A stretch of DNA of 62,691 nt, counting the filler. It is 6 parts of 6 records of this genome, joined end to end, with 100 filler letters (N's around TTAATTAATTAA, not from the genome) between each part and the next. Parts side by side here need not be neighbours in the genome. Positions count along the whole stretch, not along the records: positions 16,986 to 25,712 come from SRR31156797_45939; positions 25,813 to 35,154 come from SRR31156797_45993; 4 more parts are not named here. The stretch is one strand, 5' to 3'. Of this stretch, positions 20,181 to 29,157 are shown one piece after another. Numbering within the stretch: position 1 is the first letter of the stretch; every line of letters begins with the position of its first letter. The position numbers were made by a program, and so were the translations under genes. The notes under the pieces are model-generated. The model had not been told where the DNA came from, ran no database searches, and saw nothing but the letters and a program-made list of their open reading frames with translations.

Positions 20181-20445
20181 TGATGACCCCTTTCCCTTTA
20201 AGACGATCCAAGCCTCTCTCCATTTCCCTCACACGGTCTTGTGCCACCCGGCCCGCCCGGTTTTCCCTTTCCAACCATTCCTCCAGGGTATGATCACCTT
20301 GGAAAAACCCCTCATCCAGCGATGTGCCGGAAGAGAGAAAATAGAGTCTCGGCCCTTTCATGGTGTAGAACAACAGACCGAAATCCTCGTTTCTCACCTG
20401 GGTGCCGGGAGCCAGGACATACCTTGAATTGTTTAGTGCATTCAT
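20170..20445 (-). CDS. mftB: mycofactocin biosynthesis chaperone (RiPP recognition element)
   Basis: QVRNEDFGLLFY...PRLYFL motif, about 91 aa, located between mftA and mftC. Confidence 0.88.
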   Translation of the reverse strand: MNALNNSRYVLAPGTQVRNEDFGLLFYTMKGPRLYFLSSGTSLDEGFFQGDHTLEEWLERENRAGRVAQDRVREMERGLDRLKGKGVIIEC

Positions 20446-20467
20446 GTGGCTGAATTTTAAAAGGCGG

Positions 20468-20590
20468 CTAATAAACGCCGCAGATGCCGTCAATGGCCAT
20501 TTCTTCGATCTCGATCTCTTCGGTTGCGAAGATATCTTCCTGTATATTTTCCGTGCTATCTAATTTTACCGTTTTTTCTTCATCTTTCAT
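20468..20590 (-). CDS. mftA: mycofactocin precursor peptide, 40 aa: MKDEEKTVKLDSTENIQEDIFATEEIEIEEMAIDGICGVY
   Basis: manually translated; acidic leader and C-terminal IDGxCGVY signature; AGGAG RBS upstream; absent from the ORF track. Confidence 0.96.
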   Translation of the reverse strand: MKDEEKTVKLDSTENIQEDIFATEEIEIEEMAIDGICGVY

Positions 20591-20729
20591 CGTTTTGTTA
20601 AATCTCCTGTTTATTAAAATTTTGTTTCGAGTTTCTTTTTCGGGACTTAATTCTTTTTAAATATTATCCCTGATTCATGTCACAAGGGGAATTTCATTTT
20701 GATTTACCCGCCCATGCAAAGGAAGCACA

Positions 20730-20744
20730 GCAATATTTGTGCCA
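20730..20744 (-). promoter_or_regulatory. sigma-54 (-24/-12) promoter of the mft operon
   Basis: minus strand TGGCAC-AAATA-TTGC, an exact match to TGGCAC-N5-TTGC. Confidence 0.8.
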
Positions 20745-21094
20745 AGAAGAATAAATTCAGGGGAAGAGGAATATCCGCATAAGCTTAGAGGAGAATTGAT
20801 TCCCACCGAGGCTTTCCACATGGGGCACACAATTCATTTATGGGGACAAATGCCCCATGCATTGAATAAAAATTACGGGTTAACTTTAAGATATTATTAC
20901 CTAATATATTCATTCGGGGCCAGATGGGGTCAAAGAGGATATAACTGATCCATTCTGGAAGCCCCTTCAACAGTCGATGAAAGCTATCTCACATTTTTTC
21001 AAATGGAGTAGCTTGTGCCTAACGTTTTCAACTCGTTTTCTATACCGTTCCACGCCTCCTTCGAAGCCAGGGATGAAAATATAAGGGTGGTATC

Positions 21095-21109
21095 TGGTGC
21101 GATTATTGC
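21095..21109 (+). promoter_or_regulatory. putative sigma-54 promoter of the amiS/ureI-like gene
   Basis: TGGTGC-GATTA-TTGC with correct GG-N10-GC spacing. Confidence 0.55.
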
Positions 21110-21365
21110 ACAGGTTCCCGGCATTGAGTTCGGGAACTTTTCTTATGGAAATCGTGAGCGAGGGTTTATGACCATTTCTGAAGTCCCATGTGAACCTTCA
21201 AAACCGGTTGGATTTCCTTGTTCAAGCTTGTGGGGATTCACGCGCCATTCTAACGGAAAGGGGTTGGTAGCCATGTGCCGGATGCATTAAAAAATACTGT
21301 TCTTGGTTTTCCATGTTATGTGAACCTTTAGTTTTCACTAAAACAGTCAAACAAGGAGGAATGAG

Positions 21366-21899
21366 ATGACTTTAGCAGTTCTTGTAGCAATTAGCGTCAT
21401 GTGGGTGCCTCTGGCGATTTTTTTGTTGGGTAAAGGTGAGGGCAAAAGCACCGGTGCCGTCTGCGGCATGGTGGGAACGGTTGTGATCATAGGTGCGATT
21501 CTTCAGGCAGCCGTTTTCAAGGATGGTTTCGTTGCCGGGTTGCTCTTTGCACATGGTCTCCTGTACTTGACCACTTCCTACGCTCTGGTAACCGGCGTGG
21601 AAGACGGCCTCAAAACCAACTCCAACGTCAGTTTGACAGTGGCCGTTATATCCCTAATCTACGCCATTCTCTTCTTCACGGGCGGGCCGGTCCTGGAAGG
21701 CGGCAAGAGATTGCTGGAATCCAGCAATTACTTTGGATTTTGTTGCCTGGGTTATGTGGTCCTTACCCTTGAGGTATGGGGTTTCGGTTACGGCAAGTGT
21801 TCGGCCCCGCTTTTGGCCTGGTCACTCATCCTGTGGGCATTTATCGGCCTGTGGGCTCCTGCCTTCTGGCTGTTTACCACCGGCGTCCTGCCGTTTTAA
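21366..21899 (+). CDS. AmiS/UreI family small-molecule channel
   Basis: 177 aa with about six hydrophobic helices; LLGKGEGKSTG, LLFAHGLLYL, WAPAFWL pattern; AAGGAGG RBS. Confidence 0.7.
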   Translation: MTLAVLVAISVMWVPLAIFLLGKGEGKSTGAVCGMVGTVVIIGAILQAAVFKDGFVAGLLFAHGLLYLTTSYALVTGVEDGLKTNSNVSLTVAVISLIYAILFFTGGPVLEGGKRLLESSNYFGFCCLGYVVLTLEVWGFGYGKCSAPLLAWSLILWAFIGLWAPAFWLFTTGVLPF

Positions 21900-21950
21900 A
21901 TAATCCCCGGGGCTACCTCTGTTTCAAGCACAGGTTATACGACCATATCA

Positions 21951-21983
21951 ATACCAGCCCAGGGCGTTGCCCCGGGCTGGTAT
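21951..21983. terminator. hairpin between convergent genes (likely terminator)
   Basis: ATACCAGCCCAGGGC-GTT-GCCCCGGGCTGGTAT. Confidence 0.6.
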
Positions 21984-22001
21984 GTGGGCCTTACCGAACG
22001 G

Positions 22002-23234
22002 TTATCGATTGCCGAAGTCCGTTTCTTCACCCATGCAACAGGTGAACATCTTCTTTGCGTCTTCGAAGCTCACATCCTGGGGATTGCCTTCCGTACAGAT
22101 GTCGTTGAGTACGCCTTTCGCGCAAACATCCAGATCTTGCTTATTCATGCCAAGATCCTTAAAATTCTTGCGGATACCGAGTTCGTACCGAAGTTCTTCC
22201 ACAGCATCAATGAACTTTTCCCCCGCCTTGTATGCCGACATGCCGATAGTGTTGATATGAGCCGCTTCAGCCATCATCTTGAAACGCTCGGGACATGCAG
22301 CCAGGTTGTAACGGCAAACATCCACAAGGCCGATGGCGTTGCACAATCCATGGGGAGCGTCGTAGCGTCCCCCCAGAACATGCGCCATGGAATGAACGAT
22401 TCCCAGGCCTGCACTGTTGAAACTGATACCCGCCGCCAATTCGGCCCAAACCATTTGTTCAATGGCCTGGTCATTGTTACGGTTTGCCGATGATTGGCGT
22501 ACATTGTCAAAGATCTGTCCGATGGCCCACAACCCCGGTCCATAGGCTGACTGCACAAGCAATCGTGACGCGATTGCTTCCACGGAATGGGTTAGAGCGT
22601 CCATCCCGGTATAGGCGGCAATATCTCCGGTCATGCACTGATGGAGAGCCGGGTCGTTGATGCCGAGACTCGGCGAGCAATTCGGATCAAAGAGCGCCAT
22701 TTTATAACTCTCATCCGTCTGATTGATAATGGAAAAACAGGACGCTTCAGACCCTGTGCCCGACGTGGTATTGATGGCAAGATGAGGGACCTTGTTGGGT
22801 TTGGTGGCCTTGAACGCACCTTCAAATTCTCTGACGTTTTGCCCCCCGTGCGCATGAACCAGCCTAATGGCCTTACAACAGTCCGTAGAGCTGCCGCCGC
22901 CAAGACTTACCAGCCCGTCGAAACCGCCGTAGCTGAACTTTTCATAGCCTTCCATGACCTCGTGGTCCTTGGGATTTCCCGTAACATTGTCGTACACGCT
23001 GCATTCAACGCCTGCATGTGTCAAAATCCCCTGGATTTCATCAACAATCCCGGTTCCATTTAAGCCGGTGGTCACGAGCAGGGCATTGGTCATGCCCAGA
23101 TCCTTGGCTTCATTTCCCACCATGGTGTGAGCGCCCCATCCGATGATTAACCTCGGGTATGCATGCATCATCTTTAGAGGATACTCAGTTCTTTCCTTTT
23201 GAATGGTTCGCTTCGTGTCTGCAAAATGTACCAT
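22002..23234 (-). CDS. mdo: type III (Fe-ADH family) nicotinoprotein alcohol dehydrogenase, Mdo/Mno (NDMA-dependent methanol dehydrogenase)-like
   Basis: YPLKMMHAYPRLIIGWGAH...GNEAKDLG...TTGLNGTGI...NPKDHEVM...GGGSSTD...AHGGQNVREFEG...FNSAGLGIVHS...DICTEGNP parallels actinobacterial Mno/Mdo from memory; TAAGGAG RBS before ATG 23234. Confidence 0.8.
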   Translation of the reverse strand: MVHFADTKRTIQKERTEYPLKMMHAYPRLIIGWGAHTMVGNEAKDLGMTNALLVTTGLNGTGIVDEIQGILTHAGVECSVYDNVTGNPKDHEVMEGYEKFSYGGFDGLVSLGGGSSTDCCKAIRLVHAHGGQNVREFEGAFKATKPNKVPHLAINTTSGTGSEASCFSIINQTDESYKMALFDPNCSPSLGINDPALHQCMTGDIAAYTGMDALTHSVEAIASRLLVQSAYGPGLWAIGQIFDNVRQSSANRNNDQAIEQMVWAELAAGISFNSAGLGIVHSMAHVLGGRYDAPHGLCNAIGLVDVCRYNLAACPERFKMMAEAAHINTIGMSAYKAGEKFIDAVEELRYELGIRKNFKDLGMNKQDLDVCAKGVLNDICTEGNPQDVSFEDAKKMFTCCMGEETDFGNR

Positions 23235-23569
23235 ATTACCACTCCTTATTCCGTTTCTCGGGGTTGTTGGTAATCCCAACTCAAGCAGACGTCCAGAGAG
23301 AAAAAGGGTCGATTGCGCCATTCAATCGCTTGAGCAGGCGCTTTTAGCGACCGATTTGAACTCACCGGATGCAAGCTCAATAGAAGGAGGTCTATGTTTT
23401 AGCTATCACCTCCCTTCCGGATCCATAGTGTTTCTCCACATAGCATCTTCCTCAATTATGTGGCACAAACTGAACAACACCGTGCCGTTACAATTCGGTC
23501 TCGTACTCTTTCAGGTGGGCTGTATGACTCACAATCGAATTTTCCAGACCTTAACATTCATCAATCTCA

Positions 23570-23584
23570 GCAATATTCATGCCA
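23570..23584 (-). promoter_or_regulatory. sigma-54 promoter upstream of the mdo-like gene
   Basis: minus strand TGGCAT-GAATA-TTGC; 13/15 identical to the mftA promoter. Confidence 0.75.
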
Positions 23585-24088
23585 ACGAGTTTATCCAAAG
23601 CGGGTGGAAGATGCCAGGGCGGGGGAACAGCAAATAACATATTAAAATTCTAAGCCATATCGCAAAAACGCTGCCTGACCGATCAGCAGGTTAGTGTGTA
23701 TCTGAAGGCTCCACGCCGACCCTGGACATTTTGTAAGAGGGGTCTAAAAAGAAGATGATCCGGCTTTCAAGTCCAAACAAACATCCAAAAATACGTAGCA
23801 AACAAGCTAAAAGCAGTTATGGGGCAAAATTGGACATATGGCCCCACACAATCGTCCGCCAGGTTAGAATCCATTGCAGAGAAGCGATTCGTTGATTCCA
23901 AAGCTGAAAGAAAAACACCGCTATCACGTAAAAAACGCCCTTTACTTAACCATGATTTTGTTGACCAGCGGACTGATGGCGGAGCAAGGTCGACCTGTAA
24001 TGAAAAATTTGCAATCTCCTTTTAGCTATGGTAAAGACCGATACACCACATATGGTTATGAATTTTGAATCTAAGGTGGGCTATAAAA

Positions 24089-25249
24089 ATGGATCCTTCC
24101 GATGACGCTCTGTTAAAATTTGAGCTTCCTGAAATCATTTACGGGTTGGGTTCTTTGTCCCAGATCGGACAGTGCGCCAAACGGTTGGGCGGGGAAAGAG
24201 TTTTTTTGGTGACCGATCCGGGTGTCATTGAGGCCGGTTGGGTCCATGACGGCATCAAATCCCTGGAACGGCAGTCTCTCAGGCACGTCATTTATGACAA
24301 TGTAGTCACCAATCCCCGCTGTTTTCAGGTGGAGCAGGGTGCCAAACTTTATAATGAAAAGAAATGCGATGTGATCGTTGCCGTGGGCGGCGGCAGCCCC
24401 ATGGATGCAGCCAAGGGAATTGCCATCCTGGTGTCAAACCGCGGTAAAATAGACGATTACGCCGGATGCAACCTGATCACCCAACCGATCCCACCGCTCA
24501 TATGCGTGCCCACCACAGCCGGCACCGGTTCGGATGTCAGCCAATTTTCCATCATTGCGGATCCTCAAAAGCAACTCAAAATGACGATTCTAAGCCGGGC
24601 CATTATGGCTGATATTTCCCTGATCGATCCCCGGCTGCTTAAAACCAAATCCCGCGAACTGATGGCCGCCACGGGTATGGATGCTCTGACCCATGCCATT
24701 GAAGCATATGTTTCCTCGCTGGCCTGGCCCCTTACGGACCCCCATGCCATCCATGCCATTGAACTGGTTTTCGCGCACTTGCGGAAAGCGGCCGACACCG
24801 GAGACATCAAATCGCTGGAGGGCATGGCCGTTGCCAGTCTTGAAGCCGGAATCGCATTTTCCAATGCGATCTTAGGCGCTGTTCATGCGCTGGCCCACCC
24901 TTTAAGCGGCGTTTATGATATCCATCATGGTATCGCCAATGCCATTCTGTTGCCGGTGGTGGTCCGGAAAAACATGCCGCACGCAGTTCAAAAATTCGCC
25001 CGTATCGCCAATGCCATGGGTCTGGATACCCGGGGAAAATCCGATGTGGAAGCTGCCGGATACGTTCCACGGATGGTCCAAGAGTTGGTTACATACCTTG
25101 ATCTTCCCACCACCCTTTCAGAAATCGGAGTCAAATCCGTCGACATATCAACCATGGCCAGGGACGCAGCGCGGGATCTTTGCATGCAAACCAATCCGCA
25201 CTGCTACGGAATTGAGGAAATCGAATCCATGTACCAAGAGGCTCTATAG
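24089..25249 (+). CDS. iron-containing alcohol dehydrogenase, ErcA-like regulatory type
   Basis: KFELPEIIYG...LVTDPGVIEAGW, GGGSPMD, PTTAGTGS, DALTHAIE, HALAH, HGIAN; followed after 9 bp by a PAS sensor gene. Confidence 0.85.
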   Translation: MDPSDDALLKFELPEIIYGLGSLSQIGQCAKRLGGERVFLVTDPGVIEAGWVHDGIKSLERQSLRHVIYDNVVTNPRCFQVEQGAKLYNEKKCDVIVAVGGGSPMDAAKGIAILVSNRGKIDDYAGCNLITQPIPPLICVPTTAGTGSDVSQFSIIADPQKQLKMTILSRAIMADISLIDPRLLKTKSRELMAATGMDALTHAIEAYVSSLAWPLTDPHAIHAIELVFAHLRKAADTGDIKSLEGMAVASLEAGIAFSNAILGAVHALAHPLSGVYDIHHGIANAILLPVVVRKNMPHAVQKFARIANAMGLDTRGKSDVEAAGYVPRMVQELVTYLDLPTTLSEIGVKSVDISTMARDAARDLCMQTNPHCYGIEEIESMYQEAL

Positions 25250-25258
25250 GGTTTTACC

Positions 25259-25712
25259 ATGGCCGATACCCAAATAGAAATATCCCATGATTTTAAAGGG
25301 ATCAACTATTCAAAGATCGGTTATTTCAAGGAAGTTCAATCCAAGATCAAAGAATTGGAAAAACTCAACCTCGAACTGGCACACCGCCATAGCAGGCTCG
25401 AGGCCATATTCAACAGCATGAGCGACGGTCTGACCATATTGGATAGAAATTTTACGATCGTGTTTACCAATCAGGTTCAGAAAAGCATGTTTCCGGATAT
25501 TACGACAATCGGGGAAAAATGCTTTAAAGCTTTCTTTCACAAGGAGAAAACATGCCGTGAATGTCCGGCATTGCGCAGTTTGGAGACCCTGAAAACCTTC
25601 CAGGGTGAAACCTTGATCAAGTCGGGGGCATATGCCGGACGTTACTATGAATGGACCAGTTCTCCCATCAAGGGCGCCAAGGGAAACGTGGATGAAATCA
25701 TTCTGCTCATGC
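25259..25712 (+). CDS. PAS-domain sensor protein, probably a histidine kinase (truncated by gap)
   Basis: coiled coil then LEAIFNSMSDGLTILD...IVFTN PAS domain with CFKAFFHKEKTCRECP. Confidence 0.8.
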
Positions 25713-25812
25713 NNNNNNNNNNNNNNNNNNNNNNNNNNNNNNNNNNNNNNNNNNNNTTAATTAATTAANNNNNNNNNNNNNNNNNNNNNNNNNNNNNNNN
25801 NNNNNNNNNNNN
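25713..25812. other. contig-joining gap
   Basis: N-run with TTAATTAATTAA. Confidence 0.98.
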
Positions 25813-25854
25813 TTCCAAAAGGTTCTTAAGCCGCCGGAGGCATCCCTTCCATAT

Positions 25855-26487
25855 TTATCTGCTCGCGACTTCGTCACCTTCGGCAACAGGCTCATCCACG
25901 GCGATGTAGTCGATCACTTGAGTGATATCACCAATTTCAGAGGCAATGGCCACGGCAGCTGTCTTTTGTGAATAGTTCTGTGCTTTACCAAGAAGAATGG
26001 CCTGTGAGCGAATGACTTCCACACGTAGATCAGCACCTCGTAAGCGGAGGGTCTTCTTGAATTGTTCTGCGAGTTCTGCGTGAATCCGTTGATCTTTTCG
26101 GGCTTCTCGGCGTGTGGTGAGTGGATAGAATTTGCAGGTAATGGTTTTAATACCCTGCACTGTGGATGCTGTCTGAATGGCGTAGTTTGCACGAGCGCGA
26201 TCTGATATTTGCCCGACGAGATAGGCCTTGGCATTGATGACATGGGCAGACAGGTTCATACCGTTGATTTGTAACCGTTCGCGCAGTCTGCGCTGGAGCA
26301 TTTTGTCTTGATTGACTGTCAATCCGCCGCCTTCCACATGCCCACGGGGGATGTATTCGTCGGCCAACATGGCAGCATCATACCCGGTCATTGCCCCGCC
26401 TGCGACCTGCACAGCAGGATAGACGGCACATCCGGTGGTGGACGCGACTAAAATGACAATGAGTATGAAGAGTGTTTTTTTACCCAT
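25855..26487 (-). CDS. dual BON-domain lipoprotein
   Basis: lipobox TTGC; two BON repeats (AYLVG...VQGIKTI; AILLG...ITQVIDYI). Confidence 0.85.
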   Translation of the reverse strand: MGKKTLFILIVILVASTTGCAVYPAVQVAGGAMTGYDAAMLADEYIPRGHVEGGGLTVNQDKMLQRRLRERLQINGMNLSAHVINAKAYLVGQISDRARANYAIQTASTVQGIKTITCKFYPLTTRREARKDQRIHAELAEQFKKTLRLRGADLRVEVIRSQAILLGKAQNYSQKTAAVAIASEIGDITQVIDYIAVDEPVAEGDEVASR

Positions 26488-26553
26488 GACTAATAAATGA
26501 CTATAGTGGAATGTCTAGACTTTGTCTAATCCCATCGAAGCCATGGGACGCGA

Positions 26554-28176
26554 TTATCCCTTGATGGCAACCAGATAAATCATTCCGGCAATGGACTGTC
26601 GATCCACTATGTGAAAGGCCGGGAGCTGATCTTTCCATTTATTCCAATGTCGTTCACGTATGGCGAGCACAACCTTGTCTTCGTTTTCTGTCCATTCGAT
26701 GAATTCTGGCAGATGGTTGGTTTCCCTGAAATTGTGCTCGGCATAGTACGTGAAGATGCCGGAGTATATTTTGAGCGCGTAAGGGGCGTAGCCTCTGTCC
26801 ATGTATTCACTCATGATTTCGGCCTGCCGCTTGGTGCTCATACCGTTGTCCAGAGACGGAGCAACCATGAGCCCGACAGGATAGAGCCAGATGATCATGG
26901 CGAGTGCGGTCGTGAGGAGTGCGGCCTTGTTGCCGTATTTGCGCATCAGGAAAATGGCTGCACCACCGGCGAGCAAGAGGGTCGCGGCAATGCCCATGCC
27001 CCGGATGGGGACTGCGAAGGGCAGCAAGTCGCCGGCCAATATCAATCCGACGCCAAATACCGCCCAGAGCCCGCCAACGAGTGCCCAGAGTCGGTGAGTA
27101 CGGGCTTCATCCATAGAATGCATGGCCGCGCTTGTCAGGATGGCTAGTGGCGCGAACATGGGCAGGATGTAAATGAGCACCTTGCCACTCAGGCTCGACA
27201 GGAAGATGAAAGTTGCGGCGAACATGATCCATAGGAAGGTGCGAGGACCAGCCTGTTTGCGGACAGTCCAAAGTTCTCCCCACGTCTTGATGGAAAAGTA
27301 TTTTTTTATAGGCACGACGAATAGGAACAATGTCCATGGCAGCCATGCCAGCGGGAATGCTATGAGGTAGTAATAGAAAGATTCACGATGGTGGAATGTT
27401 CTTGTGGCGCGTTGAATAACGTGCTTGCCGAGGACTGTGTTCAGGAGAAAGTCCGGGCCTTCAGCGAGCATGACGCCGGCCACCCATGCGAGCAGAATCC
27501 CGATCATGGCAAGCAGGCTAAGTCCCATCTGACGGGTGAAGAGTTTTTTCAGCTCGCCTCGCCATGCCAGATAGATACCGGATGTCAATAATGGAAAGAT
27601 GAATGCGAGAGGGCCTTTGATCAGTGTGGCAACACCGGCCAGTAGAAAGGCGTAGAGCGGCCATTTACCTTGTGTCTTTTCGTTGAATGCGCGGAACAGA
27701 CAGGCATGGCTGAGCAAAATGAACGCGGCAAACATGAGGTCCATGCGGGAATAATGAAACAGGGCCACCAGAAAGAATGTGGAGAGCAAAATCAGCGTGG
27801 AAGCCAAACTGATAGAGCGGTCGAAATTAAGGGAGCGGGCTAGAAAATATGCTCCATAGAGAAAAAACAGACCGGATAGGGCTGCGCCGAGGAAAAAGAC
27901 ACCGGGCATGTCCATGGGGGTGATGGTGTCCAGCAGCCAGAGAAACCAGAAATAGACGGGCGGCTTGTCGGGATAGGGTTGGCCGTTCAGTGAGAGAACC
28001 ATCCACTTTCCGCTGTGAACGAGATTTTGGTAGGCGTTGGCGTAACGCACTTCATCGGAAAACCAGAGGGCACGGTTGCTGAGGCAGAACCATGTCTGGG
28101 CGAACACGGCGAATGTCATGGTCAGCCATGGGTGTTTGGCAAGCCTGTCCCAGATGGCGGCAGTTGTATATGTCAT
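26554..28176 (-). CDS. ArnT/GT83 (PMT_2) family membrane glycosyltransferase
   Basis: DEVRYA, YPDKPPVYFW, RMD, LIKGP, WLPW, KVLIYILP; start MTYTT overlaps the PAP2 stop (ATGA). Confidence 0.88.
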   Translation of the reverse strand: MTYTTAAIWDRLAKHPWLTMTFAVFAQTWFCLSNRALWFSDEVRYANAYQNLVHSGKWMVLSLNGQPYPDKPPVYFWFLWLLDTITPMDMPGVFFLGAALSGLFFLYGAYFLARSLNFDRSISLASTLILLSTFFLVALFHYSRMDLMFAAFILLSHACLFRAFNEKTQGKWPLYAFLLAGVATLIKGPLAFIFPLLTSGIYLAWRGELKKLFTRQMGLSLLAMIGILLAWVAGVMLAEGPDFLLNTVLGKHVIQRATRTFHHRESFYYYLIAFPLAWLPWTLFLFVVPIKKYFSIKTWGELWTVRKQAGPRTFLWIMFAATFIFLSSLSGKVLIYILPMFAPLAILTSAAMHSMDEARTHRLWALVGGLWAVFGVGLILAGDLLPFAVPIRGMGIAATLLLAGGAAIFLMRKYGNKAALLTTALAMIIWLYPVGLMVAPSLDNGMSTKRQAEIMSEYMDRGYAPYALKIYSGIFTYYAEHNFRETNHLPEFIEWTENEDKVVLAIRERHWNKWKDQLPAFHIVDRQSIAGMIYLVAIKG

Positions 28177-28802
28177 TGTCTGGCCTTTTTCCTGAAAAGC
28201 GTTGAGCCTGCAATGATGGTGGTGGCAAAGCCTCCCACGCTGCCGAGCAGCCAGGCAAAGAAGACATCGGAAGGGTGATGCCAGCCGAGATAAATTCGTG
28301 AAAAGCCTACGGTTCCGAGGAACAGACCGAAAAGTGCAGTGATCCATGTGTGGTTCAATCGTTGAACCAGTGGCAGGGTCCACCCCGTGATTTCCGTAGT
28401 GTGTCCAGATGGCAGTGAATGTTGTGCGCCGCGAGTAGAAAGCGGTTCAAACCATTCCCCTTGTCCGGGACGGGGGCGGCCAATGGTCATTTTCAGGAAA
28501 TGAACACACAGTCCGGCCACGATGGCCTGCACAACGAGCAGGACAAGAACGAAACGCAGTCGTTCGCGATTGTGGGTCTTGATGGCCACGATGAGCATGA
28601 CGGCGTAGACCGCATAGAAAAACGGATTGCTCCAGTCCGTGATGAATTTCATGACGGCTTTGAGTACGGGGTGAGCCGCCCGGTGGGCCTTGAAATAGAC
28701 GGCCACGTCAGCTTCGGCGTTGAAACCGAACCAAAGTATGGCGAGGAGTATCAGAAGGGGCGCGGAAAAGAGCGCCCACTGTGTCAGGGAATGTCTGCGC
28801 AT
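28173..28802 (-). CDS. PAP2 family phosphatase
   Basis: KMTIGRPRP, SLPSGH, SRIYLGWHHPSDV. Confidence 0.92.
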   Translation of the reverse strand: MRRHSLTQWALFSAPLLILLAILWFGFNAEADVAVYFKAHRAAHPVLKAVMKFITDWSNPFFYAVYAVMLIVAIKTHNRERLRFVLVLLVVQAIVAGLCVHFLKMTIGRPRPGQGEWFEPLSTRGAQHSLPSGHTTEITGWTLPLVQRLNHTWITALFGLFLGTVGFSRIYLGWHHPSDVFFAWLLGSVGGFATTIIAGSTLFRKKARQ

Positions 28803-28860
28803 GCGGTTTTATATGATATACAGGGTGTGGGAGCAAGCCGGTGCAATCGGTACACCGTTT

Positions 28861-29052
28861 CTATGATTCGTCGGACTCTGGATATTTCTCATGCGTGTAC
28901 TTGGCCCATATCTCTGGGCTGGCGTTCAGCTCGGTGAGAATTTCGGTCATGGGCTTGCCTTCCTGTTTCCAGTATTTGTAGGCGTTGTCCGAGCACTCGA
29001 AGGGGATAACCAAGGTTCCGTCGTCAGTGAGGTAGGGTTTCTTATCGTCCAT
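28861..29052 (-). CDS. small hypothetical protein
   Basis: protein-like 63-aa ORF (PYLTDDGTLVIPF...YKYW) co-oriented with its neighbours. Confidence 0.65.
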   Translation of the reverse strand: MDDKKPYLTDDGTLVIPFECSDNAYKYWKQEGKPMTEILTELNASPEIWAKYTHEKYPESDES

Positions 29053-29106
29053 GGGCGTGGACTATTTCACTTTTCGAGGTGAACCGCAAGCCACGCCTCG
29101 GAAACG

Positions 29107-29139
29107 AAAAATCCCCTGACATGCAGGGGATTTCTTTTT
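29107..29139. terminator. Rho-independent terminator
   Basis: AAATCCCCTG-ACATG-CAGGGGATTT flanked by A and T tracts. Confidence 0.75.
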
Positions 29140-29157
29140 CGATAAGTGAGCGGGCCG

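Noticed and set aside
20446-20493. N-terminal extensions in the ORF track (mftB, also 23235-23321, 28177-28383, 30934-31041, 30988-31071, 11656-11820)
   Set aside because: They overlap neighbouring genes or promoters; RBS position and family homology point to downstream starts
25813-25845. GCCGCCGGAGGC-containing fragment at the contig edge, resembling a Desulfovibrionaceae intergenic repeat
   Set aside because: Truncated and single-copy in this window, so it cannot be supported
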